Virus genome (UHGV): UHGV-1352483
Length of the DNA: 64,000 nt
Strand: one strand, 5' to 3'
From: a virus
Shown: one piece after another, positions 8,599 through 18,140 of the stretch
How positions within the stretch are numbered: position 1 is the stretch's first letter
Layout of the letters: every line of letters begins with the position of its first letter
Program-made: the position numbers and the translations under genes
Notes under the pieces: model-generated
Told to the model about the DNA's origin: nothing
The model's input: the letters and a program-made list of their open reading frames with translations, nothing else
Database searches by the model: none

Positions 8599-9278
8599 TG
8601 GCAAACATTTGTATTGTCGTAGGTAAAACAAGTACAGGCAAATCAAGCAGTATCAGAGGCTTGAATCCTAAGGAAACTATAGTTATCAATGTACTGGGAA
8701 AGAAACTCCCGTTCAAAGGAAGCAACTCCCTGTATAGTGAGGAACAGAAGAATTTCTTTAGGGTGGAGGAATATACTGATACTATCAGATTGCTTGAAAG
8801 TATTGACAAGGGAGCTGCTCATGTAAGGAATATAGTATTGGATGATGCTATATTTATCATGTCCAAAGAGTTCTTTAAGAGAGCTAAAGAGACAGGCTAC
8901 GGGAAGTTTACGGAATTAGCCCAGCATTTCCAGCAGATTATCTCTGTATGTGAGAAAATGAGGGATAATATTAATGTATTCTTCTTACTTCATGCAGAAG
9001 AACTTATCAGTGACAAAACCATTGTAGGGTATAAGATTAGGACTATTGGTAAGTTACTTGACGACCAGTACAATCCTATGGAAGTAGTTCCTATGGCTCT
9101 ATTCTCTGATGTTAGATTTAATCAGCAGGGAAAGCCTGAATATGGTTTCTATACTCATACTACCATTGAAAACGGTATAAGGATTCCAGCTAAGTCTCCT
9201 GATGGAATGTTTGAAAAGGACTGGATTCCTAATGATTTGGGTCTCGTGGTAAAAGCCATAAATGAATATTATGGATAG
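8598..9278 (+). CDS. P-loop NTPase of unknown function
   Basis: N-terminal Walker A IVVGKTSTGKSS and a Walker B-like hydrophobic-DD block IVLDDAIF. Confidence 0.45.
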   Translation: MANICIVVGKTSTGKSSSIRGLNPKETIVINVLGKKLPFKGSNSLYSEEQKNFFRVEEYTDTIRLLESIDKGAAHVRNIVLDDAIFIMSKEFFKRAKETGYGKFTELAQHFQQIISVCEKMRDNINVFFLLHAEELISDKTIVGYKIRTIGKLLDDQYNPMEVVPMALFSDVRFNQQGKPEYGFYTHTTIENGIRIPAKSPDGMFEKDWIPNDLGLVVKAINEYYG

Positions 9279-9546
9279 GACAGAAATAGTAAGACTCTCT
9301 CATGCATATAATTCAGGTACGTTAACAACGGAAGATGTCTCAAAATTTCTCCTTTCATATTGTATTGAGAAGGGCAAAGATGAGCTGTTAAGCAGACAAT
9401 TCATAGCCTTTATTATGTTCAGTCATAATGAACTTCCATTATTTATTTATGTACTGGGATTATATGAAAGGGAGTTTACTATCTGTAAATTATGTAGACC
9501 TGACAAGAATAAACCTGGAACCAGGATATTGGTTTCGGTTTATTGA
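9262..9546 (+). CDS. hypothetical protein
   Basis: 94-aa ORF overlapping the upstream stop codon. Confidence 0.3.
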   Translation: MNIMDRTEIVRLSHAYNSGTLTTEDVSKFLLSYCIEKGKDELLSRQFIAFIMFSHNELPLFIYVLGLYEREFTICKLCRPDKNKPGTRILVSVY

Positions 9547-9589
9547 GATATAAGATAATGAAAAGAAAAAACAAAGAGAAAACAAAAGT

Positions 9590-9952
9590 ATGAAAACATT
9601 AAGTAGAACAGAACTGGCTATAGTAAAAAGAACAGCCATGAATGTTAAGAGTTCAAGAATCAAAAGAGCTAAACTTGAAGCAAAGATTGCAGAACTGACA
9701 GCGGAACTGGAATCTTGTGACAGAGTGATTGATGCATTTGAACAACCAGTCATTACAATGACAGGGGGATTTACATCAGAACAGGTACTTGCAGGGGAAA
9801 TGGAACTTCCAGAGGTTGAAGAAGTAAATCTTGAATCAGTCAGCGAAGATGAGAAAGCTCCTGAAACTGAGGTAATGGCAGGAGATTACAGTCCTGTAAA
9901 TGAACTTGCAGAAGGTACAGCTGTAGGAGCTGATTTGCCCTTTGAAGTTTAA
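9590..9952 (+). CDS. acidic hypothetical protein
   Basis: 120 aa with a basic N-terminus and a strongly acidic C-terminus (EVEEVNLESVSEDEKAPETE). Confidence 0.4.
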   Translation: MKTLSRTELAIVKRTAMNVKSSRIKRAKLEAKIAELTAELESCDRVIDAFEQPVITMTGGFTSEQVLAGEMELPEVEEVNLESVSEDEKAPETEVMAGDYSPVNELAEGTAVGADLPFEV

Positions 9953-9996
9953 GAATCAATATAATTATTTACGCCATTTAAAAGTAATATAAGAAC

Positions 9997-10893
9997 ATGG
10001 GAGTTAAAATTGGAAAACAATCAGTAGAAGGAGGTTTTGACCTTTATTCAGGAGTTGGAGCTGTTAATGTTATAGCAGTTAATCCTAACAAAGAAGAGCT
10101 TGTAGCCTTAGGACGTAATGTAGAGGAAGAACCTGAATATACCTTCAAAAATGAGGATGGTTCCGAATTGCAAAGGGTTACATTCTATGTAAGGACTGAC
10201 CCTGAAAGTAAGGTAAACAACGGAATTGATGTAACAGTTCCTATCTCATTTGCTTTAGGCAAATCTATTAGAGTAGGGGCTACATCAGGTAAAGTGCAGG
10301 TTATTGATAAGTATGGCAGAACTGCATGGGTAACAAAAGAGCAATATGAAGCAAAGGAAATTCCTGTTTATTCAAACGGGCCTGCAAATATTGACAAGGA
10401 TTATAGAGCTGCATATGTAGGGGAAGAAGCTCTTGTAGACTTCTTGATTCAATGGTTGAATGTTCCTGGACCAGCATCTTATAAAGATGGTAAGTGGATT
10501 ATGAAGGAAGCAGACAAACTGGTTGACTGTGAAGTCTCACTTAATATGACTGCATTGCTTGCAGGAAATGTTAAGGAGTTAAAGGACTTGATTGCTCTTG
10601 CTCATGGCTATGCTGTCAAGGCTGCTTTCGGGGTAAGGACTACTGATGAAGGCAAACAATATCAGGCAGTATTTACAAGAATGTTTGCCAAGAACGCTGT
10701 TACAAACTACAGTAAACTTGATGAAGCAATCAAGGATGCACAGGCAAATGGAGCTGCTCCTAATACTGAATTCTCAGTTAAACCTTTGCATAAATATGTA
10801 GTAGAAAGTACAGATTTCTCAGCAGAGGAACCTACTCCTACAGCTTCTACCCCTTGGGATTGGAGCAAGCCAGCGGAAGCTTCTGCTTTCTAA
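9997..10893 (+). CDS. hypothetical protein (possibly DNA-binding)
   Basis: 298-aa ORF with no diagnostic motif. It sits between replication genes. Confidence 0.4.
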   Translation: MGVKIGKQSVEGGFDLYSGVGAVNVIAVNPNKEELVALGRNVEEEPEYTFKNEDGSELQRVTFYVRTDPESKVNNGIDVTVPISFALGKSIRVGATSGKVQVIDKYGRTAWVTKEQYEAKEIPVYSNGPANIDKDYRAAYVGEEALVDFLIQWLNVPGPASYKDGKWIMKEADKLVDCEVSLNMTALLAGNVKELKDLIALAHGYAVKAAFGVRTTDEGKQYQAVFTRMFAKNAVTNYSKLDEAIKDAQANGAAPNTEFSVKPLHKYVVESTDFSAEEPTPTASTPWDWSKPAEASAF

Positions 10894-10941
10894 GTAAGTA
10901 TAGCACAAACAGAAAGAACAAAGATAATAGATAACACTTAA

Positions 10942-11949
10942 TTGAATGATATGGCTATTCATATAGGCAAACCAAGTATAACTCTTGAGAAGATTCTTGA
11001 GGTAGTAAGTGAGTTTGATATATTATATCACTATTTTGGTATAAACTCCTTACCCAAGTTAATAAAGTCCCCATTAAGACCTGATAATCATCCTTCCTTT
11101 GGCATTTATAGCCCAGGGGGAAACAAGGTATATTGGACTGACCTTGCAAATAGGGACAAAGGGGGAATATTTGATTTACTTATGAGATATTGGGGGATGA
11201 GTTACAATGAGGTACTTACCAAGATTTGGGAGGACTTACCTAATTTCTCAAGTAAGAAACCATTGATTTCAAAGTTGACTGCCAAAGGAGCTCCAATGCC
11301 TGTTAAAATATCCCATACAGAGCTTGAATGTAAAGTGAGGGATTGGAAAGAACATGATATAGAGTATTGGAATTCTTTTGGAATCAGCCTAGAGTGGCTG
11401 AAATATGCAGACATTTATCCGATATCTCACAAGATAATTATTAAGGATGGTAAAAGGTATGTATTCGGAGCAGACAAATATGCTTATGCCTATGTTGAAA
11501 GGAAAGAAGGCAAGATAACATTAAAGATATACCAGCCATTCAATAAAGATGGATATAAATGGACTAACAAACATGATATGTCTGTAATATCATTATGGAC
11601 TAAGGTTCCTGAAACAGGGGACAGAATATGTATCTGCTCTTCTATGAAGGATGCCTTATGTTTATGGAGTAATACAGGGATACCCGCCCTGTCCATACAA
11701 GGAGAAGGGTATAATATGAGTGATACAGCAGTTAGTGAACTCAAAAGGAGATATACGAAAGTATATACACTCCTGGATAATGATGAAGCAGGTCTGAAAG
11801 ATGGATTAAAGCTGTCAGAAGCCACTGGGTTCACTAACCTCGTATTACCAAACATTGCAGGATGTAAGGATATAAGTGATATATATAAACATCTGCAAAA
11901 CAGACAAGAATTCAGGAAGATAATCTTGGATTTGTTTGAGAGAAATTAA
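10942..11949 (+). CDS. DnaG-type primase (TOPRIM domain)
   Basis: C-terminal TOPRIM signature: conserved E in GEGYNMSD followed by the DxD block TLLDNDEAG. The N-terminal RPDNHPSFGIY resembles a primase zinc-binding region that has lost its cysteines. Confidence 0.55.
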   Translation: MNDMAIHIGKPSITLEKILEVVSEFDILYHYFGINSLPKLIKSPLRPDNHPSFGIYSPGGNKVYWTDLANRDKGGIFDLLMRYWGMSYNEVLTKIWEDLPNFSSKKPLISKLTAKGAPMPVKISHTELECKVRDWKEHDIEYWNSFGISLEWLKYADIYPISHKIIIKDGKRYVFGADKYAYAYVERKEGKITLKIYQPFNKDGYKWTNKHDMSVISLWTKVPETGDRICICSSMKDALCLWSNTGIPALSIQGEGYNMSDTAVSELKRRYTKVYTLLDNDEAGLKDGLKLSEATGFTNLVLPNIAGCKDISDIYKHLQNRQEFRKIILDLFERN

Positions 11950-11974
11950 TAAAAAAAAAACAAAAAAAAAGATT

Positions 11975-12703
11975 ATGGAAACTAACGGAAGAAACATTAC
12001 GATTATTAACAATAAGACTCAAAGTCAGAAAGTTATTGAAGGTTCTACAGCAACTACATTAGGTGAACTAAAGGCTGAAATGAGCAAACTTGGTATTCCT
12101 TATGTAGGAACTGAGTTTTATGAAGGCCATATTCGTGCAACCCTAAAGGATGATGCTTCTATCTTACCTTCAAATATTGAATATAAAGGTCAGGTTGTTA
12201 ATGATTTGACTTTCATTCTTTCAACACCTAACAAGAAGATTGAATCAGGTATGGCAACAAGAAAAGAATTATATGCGGAAATCGCAAAGAGAGGTTTAAA
12301 AGGGGATGCTATTGCAAAGTATGGTAAGAACTTCACCCAATGTTCAAACAGTCAGTTGGAAGAGCTTATCAGTAAGTCAAAACCTGCTGCAAAGGCAACT
12401 CCAGAAGCTAAAACTCCTGTAGTTGAACTAAAATCCAAGAAAGTAATTTCTAAGGTTGCAACAGTAAAATCAGGTAAGGATGTAGAAGTAAAGAGCACTA
12501 GTAATCTGGAAAGAGCATTCAGACAACTTGTTGAGGCCTTAAACAATGTATGCTTACTTACATCAGCAGATTATGCCAATATAATGGGTACTCTTGCAGG
12601 AACTGTAGCAGAGCCAGCTGCACCAGTTGAAAAGAAAGCAACTCTTAAAGTAAAGGATGCTAAGATTTCACAGGCTGAAATCAATGAAATGCTAGGTATT
12701 TGA
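11975..12703 (+). CDS. Lys/Ala-rich protein (possible histone-like DNA-binding)
   Basis: Start moved to the ATG at 11975, after the A10-C-A9 tract (11950-11970). Sequence is KPAAKATPEAKTPVVELKSKKVISKV. Followed by a hairpin plus T9 terminator. Confidence 0.4.
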   Translation: METNGRNITIINNKTQSQKVIEGSTATTLGELKAEMSKLGIPYVGTEFYEGHIRATLKDDASILPSNIEYKGQVVNDLTFILSTPNKKIESGMATRKELYAEIAKRGLKGDAIAKYGKNFTQCSNSQLEELISKSKPAAKATPEAKTPVVELKSKKVISKVATVKSGKDVEVKSTSNLERAFRQLVEALNNVCLLTSADYANIMGTLAGTVAEPAAPVEKKATLKVKDAKISQAEINEMLGI

Positions 12704-12715
12704 TATTAACAATAT

Positions 12716-12748
12716 TAAGGGGAATCATTGAGATTCCCTTTTTTTTTA
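12716..12748 (+). terminator. rho-independent terminator
   Basis: 8-bp stem GGGGAATC / GATTCCCC (12719-12726 and 12732-12739), 5-nt loop, then T9 (12740-12748). Confidence 0.6.
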
Positions 12749-12757
12749 TAATGTATA

Positions 12758-13954
12758 ATGTCTATGACTGAAGCAGATAAAGAAAGAATAGAAACAATAT
12801 ATAACGATATTATGGAGAAGCCTAACAGAATATATGAGATATTCTTAGACTTCTTTGGAGAAGAATTTGTAGATATGCAGGGCTGCCTTTCATTGGAGGA
12901 TGTATTATCTATCTTTGAAGATGCTCCTTTACCTGATAGTAATATACGGTTAAAAGGGATGATAACAGGAAGCAGAATCAACCCATTTATACTTGTACAT
13001 TTTCCTGAGGTAAGAGTTGAAAATGAATATGATGATTTTACAATAGTGCATCATTTATATGTAAAGGTAGAATTTGATACAGAGGGAAGAGGAAAGGGAT
13101 ATTTTACAATGAACAGGTCTGATTATCAATATACTCATTTGGTTAGCGATTATATGCATTCTCATGTTCCTGGATTAAATTTGGATAACTTAAGTGAATT
13201 TAGGAGTGTATGTACTGGGAGAGGGCCAATCAATAGTACCCTTGCTACTTTAGCCATAAACTTTGATGATGCTATGTGGCAGTTACTATGCCTTGAACTT
13301 AGTAGGTATGTACAGGTAGAATCTATTGCTGGAGTACCTTATAGAAGGATAACCAACATAGGAATCCCTACTGGAAATGCAATACCGATATCTCCAAACT
13401 TCAGTCCTAACAGCTTTGGATATCATAATATTAGCCCCATTACAAGGAATGATATCCTACAGAATTTTGTAAAATATCTTCTAAATAAGAAGATTCTCAA
13501 GTTCAATTATACTGATGGAATATATAATATTGCCATGTCTGATAAGGAAAGGACTTTGGTAATATCTAGAACTTTTATCGAGTTTTACAATAGTGGGTAT
13601 AGAGGCATTCCTTATGCAATGAATTTACCTCAGCTCCTATATAAAGGTATTCTTACAAAATGTAAGTTGTCTCAAAGTAAGTTTATCCAATTAACAGGGA
13701 GGGGTATAGACCCTAGTAGATTCCGAGCTCTCGAAGGTGATGAAATGTTTACATTTAGAGGGGAACCAGTGAGATTTCATTTAATAGATAACGTTCCTAC
13801 TGAGGATGAAGAAGAGAATTTTATCTATATTCTATCTATATACATCATGAATAAAATAATAAAAGGAATATTAACCGTTTTAAATGGAGGTTATGGAAGA
13901 CCAAATAGAGAAAGCTCCAGCATTGGAGTTGGTGAAAGGGTCAGATACATTTAA
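12758..13954 (+). CDS. hypothetical protein with a possible C-terminal beta-grasp strand ending in GG (candidate Ubl substrate/modifier)
   Basis: 398 aa. The C-terminus reads ...NKIIKGILTVLNGG followed by a 20-aa tail (YGRPNRESSSIGVGERVRYI), compared with ubiquitin LHLVLRLRGG. First gene after the terminator. Its last 62-71 nt overlap the JAB gene start out of frame. Confidence 0.35.
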   Translation: MSMTEADKERIETIYNDIMEKPNRIYEIFLDFFGEEFVDMQGCLSLEDVLSIFEDAPLPDSNIRLKGMITGSRINPFILVHFPEVRVENEYDDFTIVHHLYVKVEFDTEGRGKGYFTMNRSDYQYTHLVSDYMHSHVPGLNLDNLSEFRSVCTGRGPINSTLATLAINFDDAMWQLLCLELSRYVQVESIAGVPYRRITNIGIPTGNAIPISPNFSPNSFGYHNISPITRNDILQNFVKYLLNKKILKFNYTDGIYNIAMSDKERTLVISRTFIEFYNSGYRGIPYAMNLPQLLYKGILTKCKLSQSKFIQLTGRGIDPSRFRALEGDEMFTFRGEPVRFHLIDNVPTEDEEENFIYILSIYIMNKIIKGILTVLNGGYGRPNRESSSIGVGERVRYI

Positions 13955-15077
13955 ACTTATTGTATCTGAACAATTAGAGAAAAAGATTCGTTTCTTATGT
14001 AAAAAAATATGGAAGGATGAATGGTCAGGAGTCCTGTTCTACAAAGTTGAGGGGGATTTTGAAGACACAGAGAATCCTCTGGTAATAAGATGTATAGACT
14101 TATATCAGATGGATGAAGGTACTTCTACATTCACTGATTTTTATATGTCAGCAGATGTAGCAGGTTATGTTGTAGACCATCCTGAACTGGCAGCAGGAGG
14201 AGTATATCAAGGATTAATCCATTCGCATAATACTATGAGCACTTTCTTTAGTGGGACTGATACTAATACCTTACTTAAAGAAGGTATGGATATGCCTCAT
14301 TTTGTATCCTTGATTGTAAACAATGCAGGAAAATACAGTGCTGCTATTACCAGACATGCCTACTCTGAGGCTGTAGTTACTGAAACGGTAACTTACCCTA
14401 CATGGGAAGGGGATTCAATCGAAGTTGAACAGCATTATAAGGAAACTAATGAATACATAAAGTATGATACCCTTATAATAGAAATTGAAGGGGAATCAAG
14501 AGAGTTCGAGGAAGAAATGGAAGCTAGAATGGAGGAAATAAGAGAAACTAAAAAACCCCAGACAATAAGGTCTTGTACTTGGAACCGTCCAGCCCTTAAT
14601 GATTACTTCCCCAAATACAGTAAGAATGTAGTAGGGGAGATAATGGAAACTAAGGAAACAGAAATGCCTACTCAGACTATTGAGAAACCTACTGCTCAAG
14701 ATGGGGATGATAAACTTCTTCCTTATGGAACAGTAGAAGTAGATGAGGGAATAGTTAATGCTATTGCAAGGCAACTTATAACAGGAAGCATACTGATTAC
14801 CAGTAAAAGCAAGTTAGACTTGGATAAGTGGGCATCAAGTATGAATAGCTTGTATGAAGCCCGATTTGAGGATATAGAAGACTTTAAGACTTTTGCTACT
14901 TCATATGTTGATTTCATTATAAATAGTGTATCTGATAAATCATTATTCAATATGGGATTTGATTTAGGAGAAGTAGCAGCATTGGTAGCATTTGAAGTGA
15001 GAGAACTATTAAGTAAACTGCCTAAGAATAAATGGCTTAATTTTTATGTAGAATTATTAGAGGATTATATAATATAA
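13884..15077 (+). CDS. JAB/MPN (JAMM) metalloprotease
   Basis: Exact JAMM signature HxHx7Sx2D: HSH-NTMSTFF-S-GT-D (nt 14219-14260), with upstream acidic residues. Long acidic C-terminal extension. ATG at 13884 or 13893, the latter preceded by GGAGG. Confidence 0.65.
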   Translation: MEVMEDQIEKAPALELVKGSDTFKLIVSEQLEKKIRFLCKKIWKDEWSGVLFYKVEGDFEDTENPLVIRCIDLYQMDEGTSTFTDFYMSADVAGYVVDHPELAAGGVYQGLIHSHNTMSTFFSGTDTNTLLKEGMDMPHFVSLIVNNAGKYSAAITRHAYSEAVVTETVTYPTWEGDSIEVEQHYKETNEYIKYDTLIIEIEGESREFEEEMEARMEEIRETKKPQTIRSCTWNRPALNDYFPKYSKNVVGEIMETKETEMPTQTIEKPTAQDGDDKLLPYGTVEVDEGIVNAIARQLITGSILITSKSKLDLDKWASSMNSLYEARFEDIEDFKTFATSYVDFIINSVSDKSLFNMGFDLGEVAALVAFEVRELLSKLPKNKWLNFYVELLEDYII

Positions 15078-15080
15078 GAT

Positions 15081-16121
15081 ATGACATTAGAAGAATTAAT
15101 AAGTCCCGAATTCTCTTTTCCTGAAATACCCTTAAATGGAAGATTGCCTGGAGGATTAACATGGATTGGAGATTATACACAGTTAGTTGATGCAGTAAGG
15201 GCAGTAGCACATGGTTCTCTTAGGATAGAAAGAATAGACCCTACTTCAAGTGCAGGTGCATTTAATATAGTAATCATCCATCCTATAAGTGAACGTAGAT
15301 ATTCGTATTGGGTTAATACAGCCTGGAAGAATCTATTTACGGCAGCCAGTTCCTTGGTAACTAATGAAACTGAAGGTATGGATATAATCCCTCCCAATCC
15401 TGAAAGTATAGAGATATCAGAAGTAACAAGCAGATTCAATGGGGCTATTTGGTTTGAGAAAATAAGCAATACAAGAGTTACTCTTGCGGGAGTAGGGGGA
15501 ATTGGAAGTTATGTGGGATTTCTATTAGCTAGAACTCATGTAGGTCGTATTACTTTATGGGACGATGATAGGGTTGAAGAAGGCAATATGTCAGGACAAC
15601 TATATTCAAATGCGCATATAGGAGGTTATAAAGTAGACGCCCTTGCCAGTCAGATGGTTAGCTATGCTAATTTTAAGGATGTATTAGCAATAAGAGTTAG
15701 AATTACCTCTGAAACAGAAGTTGAAGCTGTTACCATATGCGGATTTGATAATATGCAGGCAAGAAAGGACTGTTATCAGGCTTGGAAAAACAGGTTATCA
15801 GCCAATCCTGAGCTTGCAAATGAGGCAATATTCATTGATGGAAGATTAGCAGCAGAAGAGTTTCAGGTTCTGGCAATACAGGGAAATGATGAAAGGGCAA
15901 TGAAGGAGTATGAAGATAAATGGTTGTTTGACAGCAGTGAAGCTGAACACACTATTTGTAGTTATAAACAGACTTCATTTATGGCTAACATGATAGCATC
16001 GGTTATGGTTAACCTGTTAGTTAACTTTGAAGCCAACAGATGTGATTTACTTGTACTAAGAGATGTACCATTCCTTACTTCTTATACTGCTGAAACCATG
16101 TTCTTTAAAGTTGAATTATGA
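15081..16121 (+). CDS. ThiF/MoeB-family E1-like adenylyltransferase
   Basis: Rossmann nucleotide-binding signature LAGVGGIGSYVGFLLARTHVGRITLWDDDRVEEGNMSGQLY, compared with E1/MoeB GxGxxG...D.D.V..SNLNRQ. The start is 4 nt after the JAB stop. Confidence 0.65.
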   Translation: MTLEELISPEFSFPEIPLNGRLPGGLTWIGDYTQLVDAVRAVAHGSLRIERIDPTSSAGAFNIVIIHPISERRYSYWVNTAWKNLFTAASSLVTNETEGMDIIPPNPESIEISEVTSRFNGAIWFEKISNTRVTLAGVGGIGSYVGFLLARTHVGRITLWDDDRVEEGNMSGQLYSNAHIGGYKVDALASQMVSYANFKDVLAIRVRITSETEVEAVTICGFDNMQARKDCYQAWKNRLSANPELANEAIFIDGRLAAEEFQVLAIQGNDERAMKEYEDKWLFDSSEAEHTICSYKQTSFMANMIASVMVNLLVNFEANRCDLLVLRDVPFLTSYTAETMFFKVEL

Positions 16122-16891
16122 TAGCACAGAGTTATTTAAATTATCTGAGGAGGGCTTTCTCAAGAAACTTTGAGCGTGCAGTTGCCCGCCCGATGGGTGC
16201 TATAGAAGGGGCAAGTCAAGCCCTCAGTCTGTATATGAGGGTGGCATCCACTGATAGGGATATTCCTGCATATTTAACAGGTGAATATTACCTCTTAAAT
16301 TCAACCAATGAATCCTCTCCAGCAGCAGTTACAGCATTATTAGCATGTGGTAATTATATACCAAATGGAAGAGGAACTGGGGATGCTCTTAGTAAATATC
16401 TTAAAGAAAGGAGTACATATGATAGAATGGCATGTATAAGCATTTTGGGTTCTAGTCCAGTGCTCTATAGATATTATATTGGACACGGGATGATATTGAA
16501 TAATGATAAGGAGCCATTACTGCTGGCTAGTAGAAGTATCGAAGTTGGTATCGAAAATATCACTGGTACCTCTATTATAAAGAAAGGAGACTTTAATCTC
16601 CATGTATCTCCCAGAGTATATGATAATAGCAATCCTATGGAAGAAGCTATTAGAAGGAAGTTAATTCCTGCCTTTATGGAGATGGATATAGAAAATATGT
16701 TTCCATCCAGTCCTGATTATTGGGCATATGGAAAAAAGCCTGAGAAGAAACTCATAATTGGAGATTCTATTGATAGTTTCTTTTTCAGACCTACTTTGTC
16801 CCATCCTACTGAGTTCTCGAATGATGAAATAGGTGATTGGTTGGAAGAGCATTCAGAAGAGATTATAGACAATATTGTAATACAGGAATGA
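16118..16891 (+). CDS. hypothetical protein
   Basis: 257 aa. ATGA overlap with E1 upstream and with the uracil-DNA glycosylase gene downstream. No HPN/E2-like motif found. Confidence 0.4.
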   Translation: MIAQSYLNYLRRAFSRNFERAVARPMGAIEGASQALSLYMRVASTDRDIPAYLTGEYYLLNSTNESSPAAVTALLACGNYIPNGRGTGDALSKYLKERSTYDRMACISILGSSPVLYRYYIGHGMILNNDKEPLLLASRSIEVGIENITGTSIIKKGDFNLHVSPRVYDNSNPMEEAIRRKLIPAFMEMDIENMFPSSPDYWAYGKKPEKKLIIGDSIDSFFFRPTLSHPTEFSNDEIGDWLEEHSEEIIDNIVIQE

Positions 16892-17568
16892 CCTTAGAGG
16901 AATATTTTGGAGATTGGATGGAGGTAATAGATAAGAAGGAACTTGGTACTGTTCTTACAGAAGTTGGAAAACTGTATCAGAGGACTTCTGTCTGTCCTGC
17001 CCAATCTGATGTATTTAGAGCTTTTGAATTATGCCCTTACAGGATGTTAAAGGTAGTTTTTGTTGGACAAGACCCTTACCCTCAGAAAGGAGTAGCTACT
17101 GGAATATTATTTGGAAACAGGAAAGAAGTTCCAGAGAATAATTTATCCCCTTCATTAAAAGTTATTAAGGAAGCATGTATTAATTTTGAAATTCCACATA
17201 ACAGTATTATCTTTGACCAGACTTTAGAAAGCTGGGCAAAGCAAGGAATTTTAATGATTAATTCAGCCCTTACAGTTGAAACTGGGAAGATAGGGAGTCA
17301 TACAATGATTTGGAGGGAATTCATTGGTAAGTTACTGGAGAATATATCCATCAACAACCCAGGAATTATCTATGTCCTATTTGGTCAACAGGCTCAGACG
17401 TTTAGACCTTATATTCAGGAAAGGAATCCTGATTATATAATAAAGGTGTCCCATCCTGCTTTTTATGCAAGGACTGAGTTCAAAATGCCTTCAGAGCTTT
17501 TCAATCTCGTAAAGGATTTGGTTAAAGAGAAATATGGGGAATCAATAGAATGGTTCCAAGAGTGTTAA
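16888..17568 (+). CDS. ung: uracil-DNA glycosylase (family 1-like)
   Basis: Motif A VVFVGQDPYP (GQDPYH) and motif B-like VSHPAFYA (HPSP). Start set to the ATG at 16888, which forms an ATGA overlap with the upstream stop. Confidence 0.65.
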   Translation: MTLEEYFGDWMEVIDKKELGTVLTEVGKLYQRTSVCPAQSDVFRAFELCPYRMLKVVFVGQDPYPQKGVATGILFGNRKEVPENNLSPSLKVIKEACINFEIPHNSIIFDQTLESWAKQGILMINSALTVETGKIGSHTMIWREFIGKLLENISINNPGIIYVLFGQQAQTFRPYIQERNPDYIIKVSHPAFYARTEFKMPSELFNLVKDLVKEKYGESIEWFQEC

Positions 17569-17588
17569 ATTCATAAAATAAGTAAGAC

Positions 17589-18140
17589 ATGGAAAGAAAT
17601 GAAAAGTATTTGTCTCCTGATGGAGGAACAATAGAACTAGGAGATATTATTGAATATTCAGGATTTATAGATACTCCTTTGGGTAAGACACACATTACCC
17701 AGAGAACTATGGTAACTAAAGATAATGTTGAAGGATTATTGGGGGCAGGCATTATAAAAAGAGCTGGATGTAGAAAGAATATTTCTGCAATTAAAGATGT
17801 AGCAGATGCTATAGAAGCATTTGCCAAAAGACAGAACTGGACTTATAATAAAGCAGAGGGTTATCTCAATAACCTTTATGAGATTTATCCTACAGCAGCT
17901 CTGTCCATACTACTAATGGAAGTAGCTATATCTATTGACAGGAAATATCCTGACCCTATTGAAAACAGTAAGGATATCTATACAATCAGTCTTATAAATG
18001 GTAAGATTACCAAAGTCAATAAAGGGCAGATTAAAACCTACAGGAACTTTGCTGCATTCAGAACGATTGAAGATGCAAAGGAAGCATGTTCAGTATTCAG
18101 CAGTACATTGAGGAATATGTTTCATGGAAGTGGAAAATAA
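17589..18140 (+). CDS. hypothetical protein
   Basis: 183-aa ORF with no diagnostic motifs. Confidence 0.4.
   Translation: MERNEKYLSPDGGTIELGDIIEYSGFIDTPLGKTHITQRTMVTKDNVEGLLGAGIIKRAGCRKNISAIKDVADAIEAFAKRQNWTYNKAEGYLNNLYEIYPTAALSILLMEVAISIDRKYPDPIENSKDIYTISLINGKITKVNKGQIKTYRNFAAFRTIEDAKEACSVFSSTLRNMFHGSGK

Noticed and set aside
12758-16891. RtcB RNA ligase or an E2/UBC partner near the Rsr and E1 modules
   Set aside because: Looked for RtcB-like His/Cys metal-site blocks and for an HPN...Cys E2 core in neighbouring ORFs. None was recognisable by eye.
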